DNA of 64,000 nucleotides from Podarcis bocagei. Taxonomy: Eukaryota. Under the pieces are notes generated by a model that was not told the DNA's origin, did no database searches, and was given only the letters and a program-made list of their open reading frames with translations. The translations under genes and the position numbers were made by a program. The DNA lies in assembly GCA_964188305.1 (NCBI GenBank), contig OZ076885.1. One strand, given 5' to 3'. This document shows positions 24,801 through 33,187 of this stretch, piece by piece (the stretch's first letter is position 1; every line of letters starts with the position of its first letter).

Positions 24801-25310
24801 TGCCCCCAGAATCTGTTGTGTCCACTGGCATTGTTTTGGATCTTGCCCAATGCCTACTAAAGAACCAAAGAAGTGTCCTACTGTCTAGTGTCTAATATAT
24901 AGCATAATGCTATCTTGCATGGCTGTGACAGGAATTTCAGCCCAGCCCCAGGCTTTCTGTTGGGTAACACTTTGGCAAGCTGTTGGAAACCAGACATAGT
25001 TGTATATATGCCATAACAATTACAAGAGATGTTAAAGTATTTTACTTTTTCTGTGGTGCTCATTGATCCTTTTGTTTGTTTAAATAGCTTGATAAACATG
25101 ATCACATTTAGTTGGGGTAGTTTTGCAAGGAAACTTTGTCAAAGAGCTTACCTATATTGCTTCTGTTCCTGCATTTAGGAAACCAATCATAACGAATGCG
25201 CGATGGATGAAGACGAAGACTCAACAGATACTGATGAATATGAAGACAGACGCAGAATTCTGGACATCCCTGTTCCTTCTGGACGTGGCCGTTGTCCGCG
25301 TCAAACCTGA
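9075..25310 (+). CDS. FBXO3: F-box only protein 3 (F-box, SMI1/KNR4-SUKH, ApaG domains, acidic tail); 11 coding exons, 454 aa
   Basis: Exons 9075-9181, 11891-11980, 12904-13058, 15019-15133, 15262-15466, 16290-16335, 21063-21147, 21524-21646, 22200-22315, 23406-23596, 25179-25310 sum to 1365 nt. All introns are GT-AG and phases are consistent. The translation (LESLPTDPLLLVLSFLDYRDL...HDPLWRRHCKKYW...GSMALSNHYRSEDLLD...[44 protein letters not shown]) matches vertebrate FBXO3 as recalled. Confidence 0.97.
11495..11660 (-). mobile_element. degenerate L2 RT fragment
   Basis: Minus-strand translation PMLFSICMKLPGEIRRRF...HQYVDDIQL (decayed YADD region). Confidence 0.65.
11891..11980 (+). CDS. FBXO3: FBXO3 coding exon 2
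   Basis: tttgcag| CCCVSRRLNQFSSHDPLWRRHCKKYWLLS |gtaagt; absent from the ORF track. Confidence 0.95.
12904..13058 (+). CDS. FBXO3: FBXO3 coding exon 3
   Basis: ttttag| AEKSRSWKAIFIDTYADLGRY...CPRMITSLK |gtattg. Confidence 0.94.
14445..14488 (+). mobile_element. tiny 5'-truncated BovB 3' end
   Basis: GGGGTTACGAAGAGTTTGACACGACTAAATGACTAAACAACAA matches the 3' terminus of the large BovB copy. Confidence 0.75.
15019..15133 (+). CDS. FBXO3: FBXO3 coding exon 4
   Basis: cacag| SVREEDLDAVEAQIGCKLPDDYRCSFRIHNGQKLVVP |gtgaga. Confidence 0.95.
15262..15466 (+). CDS. FBXO3: FBXO3 coding exon 5
   Basis: ccaaag| LMGSMALSNHYRSEDLLDIDTAAGGFQQR...EIFYQCP |gtaaga. Confidence 0.95.
16290..16335 (+). CDS. 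FBXO3: FBXO3 coding exon 6
   Basis: ttaaag| DQMARNPSAIDMFIT |gtaaaa. Confidence 0.94.
17605..20495 (-). mobile_element. BovB (RTE clade) LINE, near full length, antisense in FBXO3 intron 6
   Basis: 3' end on the minus strand reads GAGTCGGACACGACTAAACGACTAAA(CAA)n. The ORF has APE endonuclease motifs (GTWNVR, GISE, VYAPT, GDWNA, IDY, SDH) and RT motifs (QAGFR, DYAKAFD, GVRQG, YADD). 5' boundary approximate. Confidence 0.95.
17624..20491 (-). CDS. BovB endonuclease/reverse transcriptase ORF (955 aa from the Met at 20491; open upstream to 20617)
   Basis: 997-codon ORF in the track with no stops or frameshifts. The first ~40 codons appear to come from host flank. Confidence 0.88.
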   Translation of the reverse strand: MHGSERKVQCCKEKYCIGTWNVRTMNLGKLDVVKNEMARINIDILGISELKWTGMGEFSSDDYHIYYCGQETRKRNGVALIVNKRVAKAVLGCSLKNDRMISIRIQGRPFNITVIQVYAPTTGAEETEIDQFYEDLQDLIEVTPKKDVLLIIGDWNAKVGNQEIKGTTGKFGLGDQNEAGQRLIEFCQENKLVITNTLFQQHKRRLYTWTSPDGQHRNQIDYILCSQRWRSSIQSAKTRPGADCGSDHQLLIAKFKLKLKKVGKTTGQVRYNLNQIPYEYTVEVRNRFKDLDLLDRVPEELWVEARNIIQEAATKTIPMKKKCKKAKWLSNEALQIAGERRQAKCEGDNERYKKLNADFQRIARRDKKAFLNEQCKEIEESNRMGRTRDLFKKIGNMKGTFHTKITIIKDKSGKDLTEAEDIKKRWQEYTEELYQKDMDVSYTPGSVVADLEPDILESEVKWALESTANNKASGSDGIPAELFKILKDDAVKVLHSICQQVWKTQQWPEDWRRSVYIPIPKKGSAKECSNYRTIALISHASKVMLKILQGRLKQYVDRELPEVQAGFRRGRGTRDQIANMRWIMEKAREFQKDIYFCFIDYAKAFDCVDHSKLWQVLKEMGVPDHLICLLRNLYVGQEATVRTGYGTTDWFQIGKGVRQGCILSPCLFNLYAELIMRKAGLDESQAGIKIAGRNINNLRYADDTTLMAESEEELKNLLMRVKEESAKYGLKLNIKKTKIMATGPITSWQIEGEEMEAVRDFTFLGSMISADGDSSHEIKRRLLLGRKAMANLDNILKSRDITLPTKVRIVKAMVFPVVMYGSESWTIKKADRRRIDAFELWCWRRLLRVPWTARRSNLSILKEISPERSLEGQIVKLRLQYFGHLMRREDSLEKTLMLGKMEGTRRRGRQRMRWLDGVLEATSMSLIKLREAVEDRSAWRALVHGVTKSRTRLND
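21063..21147 (+). CDS. FBXO3: FBXO3 coding exon 7
   Basis: cattag| SSYLEWFTSYVNNVVTGGYPIIRDQIF |gtatta. Confidence 0.94.
21524..21646 (+). CDS. FBXO3: FBXO3 coding exon 8 (start of ApaG)
   Basis: tgctag| YVHDKSCVATTGDITVSVSTSFLPELSSVHPPHYFFTYRI |gtagga. Confidence 0.95.
22200..22315 (+). CDS. FBXO3: FBXO3 coding exon 9
   Basis: atttag| [38 protein letters not shown] |gtaagg. Confidence 0.95.
23406..23596 (+). CDS. FBXO3: FBXO3 coding exon 10
   Basis: ctacag| [33 protein letters not shown]...FKVSTARM |gtaagt. Confidence 0.95.
25179..25310 (+). CDS. FBXO3: FBXO3 terminal coding exon 11 (acidic tail)
   Basis: atttag| ETNHNECAMDEDEDSTDTDEYEDRRRILDIPVPSGRGRCPRQT* ; acidic run followed by RRR-hydrophobic-D-x-P, as in the mammalian C-terminus. 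Confidence 0.9.
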   Translation, partial: ETNHNECAMDEDEDSTDTDEYEDRRRILDIPVPSGRGRCPRQT

Positions 25311-26286
25311 GCAAGCTTCCAGAAAAACAAAACAAAGACCTATTGATTCTGCAGAAAATATTTCTGTGGAAGATACCATGTAAAAATATTTCTGAATATT
25401 AAGTCATTATTTGGCAGAGGAACAACTAGCATGAGTGCTGGTTCTGGCTTGCATCTGAACAGATTATACAAACAGGGTTCTCTTTTGTCATGTGTTTGCT
25501 TCTCGAGAGAGAATATGTTGGGTAGAGGTGGGAATACAGTAGTGTGGTGAGCTTTATTCTTCCAAACAGCTTTGCAGTTGAAAGTAAGCATTGTACATTT
25601 AAACTTCCTTAAAACCAGAATGGTGCTGCCCATTTTTCTTTCCGTTCCTTTTTTTAATTAAAGCAGCAAACAAAATGGAAAATTAGGCATGTCATTTTCA
25701 CAATGATTTTGTATTACTATTTCATCTCTTGACATATGTGAATGAAATAACTGAAGTTAAATCTGTATAGCCATTGGGACGAATATGTATGTTTTTAATG
25801 GGACACTGAAATGTTTGAAAGGAGCTGGTCTAATGTTTTAAATCCTGCATCATGCGCCTTTTTGAACATGGAATATGCATATTGCCTACTGCATTTCTTC
25901 ATTTATTATATAATATAAATATGTAAATAGCTTGATTTTCCTCTTCAACTGCCATTTAACTATTGTGATACGTGTTTAGAATTTTAAGTATAAACATGTT
26001 TTCTTGAACACTAAATGGTTTTCTTTATAACTGTCTCACTAAAAATGAAGAGAACTTGAAATAAGTCTTAACTGGAACATTTACATTGATGGGTATTAAT
26101 ATATATATATAGCAAAGGACAGGTGAGATGTAGTTTCATACAGCAGTTGCACCATTCTATAAAGTAGTGGGGGCTTTAGGCTGCAATCCCATACACACAT
26201 ACCTGGGAGTAAATCCTATTCTACTCCCAAGTTGACATGTCTAGGACTGTACTGTTAAGCAGCAGTGGTAGAAAGGATTCACCTGT

Positions 26287-26292
26287 AATAAA
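26287..26292 (+). terminator. candidate FBXO3 polyadenylation signal
   Basis: AATAAA about 1 kb after the stop codon, following an AU-rich 3' UTR-like stretch. Confidence 0.4.
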
Positions 26293-27351
26293 ACTGGAAA
26301 ATCTGTCATAGACTTCTATGCCAGGATAGGGACCTGTAGGGACCTCCAGATGTTGTTGGGACTACAACTCCCATCATCCCTGGAAATGCTGCGGATTGAA
26401 CCTTGAGCCGTCTTCCTGCAGTGCAGATGATATACAAATAATCTGTAGCCCTTCACTGATAGTGTGGCCCAGATGTTCCTGCAAATGATATATAATTAGG
26501 TTTTACCAACTTGTACTTGGTACACAAGGGGGGGGGGGTAAAAAGAAAAGTAAAATTCATAATTAAGAAAATATCAAATTGATACTCCTAGCTGAAGTAA
26601 ACTGCAACTATAATTTCCAAAAAGAGTGAACTTGTTACATTGTGGAAAGCGTTTGAATTTTCTCAATGCCATAGTTGTATAATAATTTATTGTAGAGTTT
26701 GTATTATACATTTACAGCATAATCTACAGCAAAGGGAATCCAGGTAAAGTCAGGATGCAAACAGTTTTTAAATTAACTTCTAAACTTGTTTTTTCTTCTT
26801 CTTTTGGCTAGAACAAAAACAGTACTTATCGCAGATGGTGATTTGGGAAAGGGGGTTAAAATAAACCAGCATCTCTGATTGCCCCCCCCCCTTGTGATTA
26901 CAGGAAGGAGCAAAACAGCCACGATCAGTTTATGATGACGTTTACCATGGCATGCTACCAAGGCCTATCAGACCCCTTTATCCTATGAGATGATATTTTA
27001 CTGAGGCTAGATAACCTCAGTAAAAAAAAAAGATCCTCATTCCAGGAGGTTTAAGATATTTTCCGATATATGATTGTTTACATGTCAGTTGAGAGCTAAA
27101 CTTGAGGAGGAAGTAAGCTCTACAGAAACTTTCACTGTATGTAGTAAACCTGACAATGCTGAAGTCCATGCTATTCCCAGTTCCCATAACTGCATAGCAT
27201 ACAGCCAACTTGAGAAGGGTTTGAAGTTTATATGCCAAGGCACATTTTATATGCTTTAGGCTACCTCATGTCATCCTTATCTTCCTTATCCCAGTAGGTA
27301 ACTGTTCTTGAAGTTCTTTGAATATCAGAAGCTAGCATCCCATTTGATATA

Positions 27352-27558
27352 CAGTGATACCTCGAGTTAATTCGTTCTGGAGGTCTGTTCTTAACCTGAA
27401 TCTGTTCTTAACCTGAAGCACCACTTTAGCTAATGGGGCTTCCCGCTGCCACTGCACAATTTCTGTCCTCATCCTGAAGCAAAGTTCTTAACCCGAGGTA
27501 ATATTTCTGGGTTAGTGGAGTCTGTAACCTGAAGCATATGTAACCCGAGGTACTACTG
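27352..27558. mobile_element. Tc1/mariner-type MITE, same family as 798
   Basis: TA TSD; CAGTGATACCTCG...CGAGGTACTACTG. Confidence 0.88.
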
Positions 27559-27723
27559 TATACCATGTGCCTTACTCTATCCTTTATGGAAGCAAGGATA
27601 TACAGTATGTTAAAAACAAGCTTTGCAATCTGGATAAAAAGGTCTCTGATGTAGGTGTTGTATTGCTTTCAAATACATACAGTATTCAGAACCAGTTCTC
27701 AATGTGGAGGCAGCGTTTAGCCT

Positions 27724-28066
27724 AGGTAAAGGGTAAAGGGACCCCTGACTATTAGGTCCAGTCGTGAGCGACTCTGGGGTTGCGGCGCTCATCTCGCTTT
27801 ATTGGCCGAGGGAGCCGGCATACAGCTTCCGGGTCATGTGGCCAGCATGACTAAGCCGCTTCTGGTGAACCAGAGCAGCGCACAGAAACGCCTTTTACCT
27901 TCCCGCCGGAGCGGTACCTATTTATCTACTTGCACTTTGACATACTTTTGAACTGCTAGGTTGGCAGGAGCAGGGACCGAGCAACGGGAGCTCACTCCGG
28001 TCGCAGGGATTTGAACCGCCGACCTTCTGATCTGCAAGTCCTAGGCTCTGTGGTTTAACCCACAGC
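27724..28066 (-). mobile_element. Sauria SINE
   Basis: Reverse-strand (ACCTTT)n tail; conserved body GGGTCATGTGGCCAGCATGACT...GTACCTATTTATCTACTTGCAC; tRNA-derived B-box. Confidence 0.9.
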
Positions 28067-28089
28067 CTAATTAGTCTTAATTCTCAAAG

Positions 28090-28375
28090 GCCTTCAAGTT
28101 GGAAAAACTCCTTTCCTCTGCCTGTCCTGAATCGTCTTAACATTCAGCTTCGGTGGCTGGCCATGAGTTCTAGCCTTAGGAGGGAGAAAACCTTTTTTCT
28201 GTATCAACTTTCTTCGCACTTTTAAGCAAATTAAAACCCCACCGTGCTGCCTCTCCCTGAACTAAAAAGTCCCCAATGCTGCAGCCTTCCTCAAAGGGGA
28301 GCCGCACCATCCCGTTGTTGACGGGTGGCTTTTCTCCGCTCCCCAACTCTACAATATCCTTTTTGAGGGGAGGCA
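28090..28375 (-). mobile_element. degenerate CR1 fragment
   Basis: Minus-strand sequence resembles the CR1 ORF2 C-terminal region (KKDIVEL...). Confidence 0.5.
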
Positions 28376-28399
28376 ACAATGCCTGCGGTTTTATTCCCA

Positions 28400-29520
28400 A
28401 GCCCAATTTGCCACCCTGACGACGACGACGACCCCCTCAAGGCCTCGCTCCTCCCGGCCAGCCGTTCATAGGTACAGGCCGAGCCCGCTCCGCTCCGCCC
28501 TCTTTTCGCTTTTCCCTCTCGCTCGCTCCCATCATTGAAACACTTATTTATAGTTCGCTGCTTCGGCCGCTCTCCGCATTGCCGCAGACCAGCCTCGCCG
28601 CGCGGGAGGCGGAGCGTCCTGGTGCCCGAGAAGAAGCGGCGCGCTCTTCTGGGCGCGAGGGAAAGCGGCGGGCCAGGATTTTGCTGCAGAGAGATTGCGG
28701 CGGAGCGTCGAGCTGCGGGCAGGAGGGTGAGCGGCGGGCCGAGGACTTGGCGCGCGAAGGGCCGGCTTCGAGGGCTTGCCCTCCGTTTTTTGCTTCAGGA
28801 TTCGTCATTTAATCGCTTCAGTCCCGCTTGGAAGGTGGGAAAGGGACACCCCCAGAGCAGGCGGGTCTCCGGAGAGGATAGGGATAGGGGCGAAATGAGC
28901 CTAGACCAAGCAGGTTGCATTTAGGGGTTAATTTTGCGGGGAAGGGTAGGGAGCAGAAGGCATCCTCTCCAACTAGGCTTGGGAGAGACCCCCCTTTCCG
29001 AAAGGCTGGGGAACTGCTGCCGGCCAGTGTAGGCAATACTGATCTAGATGGGCGGGGTAAGGCAGCTTCAATTGCTCTGCCGGGCGGAGTGCCTCGTAAA
29101 TCGCGGTGGTAGGTGGGGGGTCGGAATTCGCGCCAGGATCATTGGCGTAGCGTGGGGGGTGCAGGGGGGGGCCGGCCGCACTGGGCGCAATATCTGGGGG
29201 TTAGGGTTAGGGGGCGCAAATCCACGGGTTAGGGGGCGCAAATTACTTGCCTTGCCCCGGGTGCTGACAGCCCACGCTGTGCCACTGGCCAGGGTATATG
29301 GTGCGGGGGGCGTTGGGTGTGCATCGACTACATTGGGCTCCCGTGCTTTTTGCTGTGTCCGTTCAGAAGCGATTCCATTCAGTTGGTGCAGCTTTCCAAA
29401 CCTTTGCCTCCCCATTGGCATGAGAAGGCGATCCCATCAAACAGCCCCGCCCCAAAGCGCCCCTCCTGTTGTCCGAGACCGTCCTAACTAGGGTCTGTCC
29501 TCTTGCTGCTTTCTGCGGGT
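28400..29520 (+). promoter_or_regulatory. CpG island, likely CD59-A promoter and non-coding first exon
   Basis: Dense CpG and GC boxes (CCGCCC ~28495, GGGCGGGG ~29050) about 4 kb upstream of the CD59-A signal exon. Candidate donor ATAG|GTACAG at 28470/28471 is uncertain. Confidence 0.6.
29140..29287. mobile_element. GC-rich hAT MITE inside the CD59-A CpG island
   Basis: TIR CATTGGCGTAGCGTGGG / CCCACGCTGTGCCACTG; TSD GCCAGGAT / GCCAGGGT (7/8). Confidence 0.8.
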
Positions 29521-30919
29521 CTCAAAGAGAAGGAGGACGTATCTAAGACTGCAGAGGCAATGCTGAGAGATAAAGGATGCTCTGCCTGCATCAAAGCCCT
29601 GGTTCTGGTCCCCTTTCCCATGATCTAAGGTCACCTGATACATGGCTGCTCCCCAATAATTCTAGCTTTGGTAACGCGCCAAATTAGGATCCCTCTTCTC
29701 TGTTTAGTATGCCTGCCATGGTGGTGCTGCATAGTGCAAATTTAATCAAGGCACTTTATGTTTTCTTCCTGTTAACTCATTGCTTTTCCTAGTGTGAAAG
29801 AGTAGGTCGTTTTCTCTGAGAACATAAAATATCACTGAAACATAAAGTAATGGAATCCCCTAGAGCCATTGCTGTTAGTGTGGCAAACTGTGTGTATGTT
29901 TTTAGCATGTTAGAAGGCAGAATTCCCACCCCAAAATTTTGGTGTTCCAAGTGGGAGTTGGCAGCAGTCTGTAAAATTATTTCAAAATAACAACAACAAC
30001 AAGCCTGCAGTTGTATCCACACACATGGCATGTTTGGAGCTGAGGACTTTGGCTGAGAGGGTATGTGTGATATGTTACGGCCCTGCCATGTAGTCCACTT
30101 TATTTTAGAAAATATAGTACAAATTTTATACTATTCAAAATTCAATACTGTATTCACAGAAACGTAGTAATCTAGAGTTGGAAGGGACCCCAAGAGTCAT
30201 CTAGTCAACCCCCCTTGCAGTGCAGGAATCCTATCTAAATCAGTCATATGTTGAAGACAGATTAATACTGGCATATGAAAAGATCTGTATAAAGTGCCAA
30301 ATGAATATCTACCCTCAGATTTGCAGCAGCAGCAGCTAGTAACATCGGGATCTCCAAAGCATCCAGCGTCTTCAGTACTGATCATTCAGAATATTTTCGT
30401 AGCTGTCCTTTCTTTCCATCAGGTTGTTAAAAAAATTATGTTTGGACCGCCTCACCTTTCAAAACAAGTGAGAGCATTAGCAAACCAAAATACAGAAGGC
30501 ATTTTTAAAAATGAAGTCTAGGACTACTTTATTGCATATGCTTCTAAAAAGGGAATATAATTGTCAGCCACCATCAACACATGGAATGTTGTGTGAGGAA
30601 CTCAAGGTGAAGCAGAAGGGCTGGACACATGACTTGACACCATGTTCACATCACTGCTTGGATTACAGGGCAGTTGATAACACTGCATATTGTACTTACA
30701 CTCTTATTTGTTTTGGTTTGCTTACTTGTTCAGTTAAATAATTAACAATAAAAATGGAAGAGCAACGAACAGCAACAACAACAAATCACAAGTCTGTACA
30801 CTTGGCCATCTTCACAGTGGAAGCAGACCAAAAACCTTTTAGAGAGCATACTCAAAGTGCCTGCTATTTCAGTACCACCAATCCCTAAATGTATTATTCT
30901 GAAACTTCAAGGGTACAAG

Positions 30920-31161
30920 AGCTCTGGAGGTCAGAACCCAAACCAACGGATCCAAATGACAAGAAAGGACATCAGGAAGAACTTTCTGACATGAAAAGCT
31001 GTCAACAGTGCAACAGACTCCTTCAGAAGGTGGCAGACTCTCCTTCGCTGGAGGTTTTAAAGGCAAGATTGGATGGCCATCTTTCCGTGATTCCTGCACT
31101 GCAAGGGGTTGGACTAGATGACCCTCAGGGTCCCTTCCAGTTCCCCAATTCTATGATTCTA
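30920..31161 (+). mobile_element. CR1 LINE 3' fragment
   Basis: SPSLEVLKARLDGHL remnant; ends GGTTGGACTAGATGACC...ATTCTATGATTCTA. Confidence 0.75.
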
Positions 31162-31534
31162 AGTACTATATTGCAAAATACAAACCTGGAAAAGGGATCT
31201 TGATTGCAGACCTCCATTATCCAACTTAATCGAAAGACAGGATGCTTAAGAGGAGACGTACCAAGAGAACAAATGCACATCTGTGACAGCCACCCACATT
31301 TTGAAGAGTTAAATGCTTGTAAACTAGATCTGAAACAGATAGCTGGGTGGCTATTTGATGAAGAAGCTGTAAACCTCTCAGGAAGACATGATGGATACAA
31401 GCTTTTCTTATTGAAACTATCCCTACTCTCTCCTATACCCACTGCAGGGCCATCTACTGCATGTAATGGTAGTATGATTGTATAATCTTCAAAATACACT
31501 TTAAAAGCAATACATATAGTGTCTGTGTTATACA

Positions 31535-32358
31535 GATTGAGGTTGAATCCTGACAAGACAGAAGTACTGTTTTTGGGGGACAGGAGGCAGGCAGGTGTGG
31601 AGGATTCCCTGGTCCTGAATGGGGTAACTGTGCCCCTGAAGGACCAGGTGTGCAGCCTGGGAGTCATTTTGGACTCACAGCTGTCCATGGAGGCACAGGT
31701 CAAATCTGTGTCCAGGGCAACTGTTTACCAGCTCCACCTGGTACGCAGGCTGAGACCCTACCTGCCCGCGGACTGTCTCGCCAGAGTGGTGCATGCTCTG
31801 GTTATCTCCCGCTTGGACTACTGCAATGCACTCTACGTGGGGCTACCTTTGAAGGTGACTCGGAAACTACAACTAATCCAGAATGCGGCAGCTAGACTGG
31901 TGACTGGGGGCGGCCGCCGAGACCATATAACACCGGTCTTGAAAGACCTACATTGGCTCCCAGTACGTTTCCGAGCACAATTCAAAGTGTTGGTGCTGAC
32001 CTTTAAAGCCCTAAATGGCCTCGGTCCAGTATACCTGAAGGAGCATCTCCACCCCCATCATTCTGCCCGGACGCTGAGGTCCAGCGCCGAGGGCCTTCTG
32101 GCGGTTCCCTCATTGCGAGAAGCAAAGCTACAGGGAACCAGGCAGAGGGCCTTCTCGGTAGTGGTGCACGCCCTGTGGAATGCCCTTCCAGCAGATGTCA
32201 AAGCGATAAACAACTACCTGACATTCAGAAGACATCTTAAGGCAGCCCTGTTCAGGGAAGTTTTTAACGTGTGATATTTTACTGTATTTTTGGTTTCTAT
32301 GGAAGCTGCCCAGAGTGGCTGGGGAGGCCCAGCCAGATGGGCGGGGTATAAATAATAA

Positions 32359-32407
<49 letters not shown>
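31535..32407 (+). mobile_element. 5'-truncated L2-clade LINE (RT C-terminal part, 3' UTR, (TTA)n tail) upstream of the CD59-A signal exon
   Basis: LNPDKTEV...SRLDYCNALY...LHWLPV ORF remnant; candidate TSD TTATACA at 31528-31534 and 32408-32414. Confidence 0.9.
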
Positions 32408-32412
<5 letters not shown>

Positions 32413-33123
32413 CATTTTCAGCAGAAATTTGGATTGTATGAACAAACAGAAGATGTTTGGGAGCTGAAGTTTGGAACAGTCCAGCTTGCTGGTTTCTCTG
32501 GCTGTTGTCTTAAAATTATTGCCACTATTACCACTGACCTTGAAGTATTAAACTGCCAGCCAACCATTTTCCTCCTCTCTGTCTCTTTCTGCAGTTCTCC
32601 TTTCCTGTTTCTCTTTTCAAGCTGACTCAATAGTTTTGGTTGCTGAGCATACTCAGTTCTTCTTGGGCTGGGCTGGACTTGGGTTGTTTCCCCCCTATTA
32701 GGTTTTCTTTTTAAAATATTTTGGTACGTGTTTCTCCAAACCTCCTGCAGGGTCCCCAGAGCATGCTGCTACTTGCTTCTTTTCCAGTGCAGCCTAAAAG
32801 CAAATAAATAAATAAATAGTAAAATCTTATTAAAATGTATAACATAATTTAATTTGAAAACAGCACCATTATCAAACTAGAGTTCCCGGGAAGCTATGGA
32901 AGCTATGACTGTTAAAACTGATGTAATAGTGGAAGGGAGGGGTGTATTAGTGTAAAAAAAAAAATGTAAGAAGGTAACTTTGTTCATTTGCCTCCTTGTC
33001 AAGGCTCAGTTGATTTTCTCTCTCCTAGAGGCTAATAACAGCTTTGGATGGGAGGCTTTGACTAGAGCAAACAAATTATGGCCAGTCTCATGTGTGTTTC
33101 TCTTTTTAGACTCCAGGGGAGCC

Positions 33124-33187
33124 ATGGACAAAATGAACAGCATTCTGCTTACAATATTCATTATTGTAACTGTCTCCTGCAGTTCTG
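33124..33187 (+). CDS. CD59: CD59-A signal-peptide exon
   Basis: Acceptor tctttttag| with exon start at 33110; strong Kozak gccATGg; donor G|gtaggt. Confidence 0.88.

Noticed and set aside
28535-29491. Cluster of Arg/Gly/Ala-rich ORFs (also 42529-43078 and 8681-9675)
   Set aside because: Expected in stop-poor CpG islands; no domain similarity.
32128-32445. Poly-Asn ORF
   Set aside because: It is the antisense reading of the L2 (TTA)n tail.
23406-33187. In-frame FBXO3-CD59 fusion by splicing exon 10 to the 33110 acceptor
   Set aside because: The phase-0 join reads TPGEPWTK* and stops out of frame with CD59.
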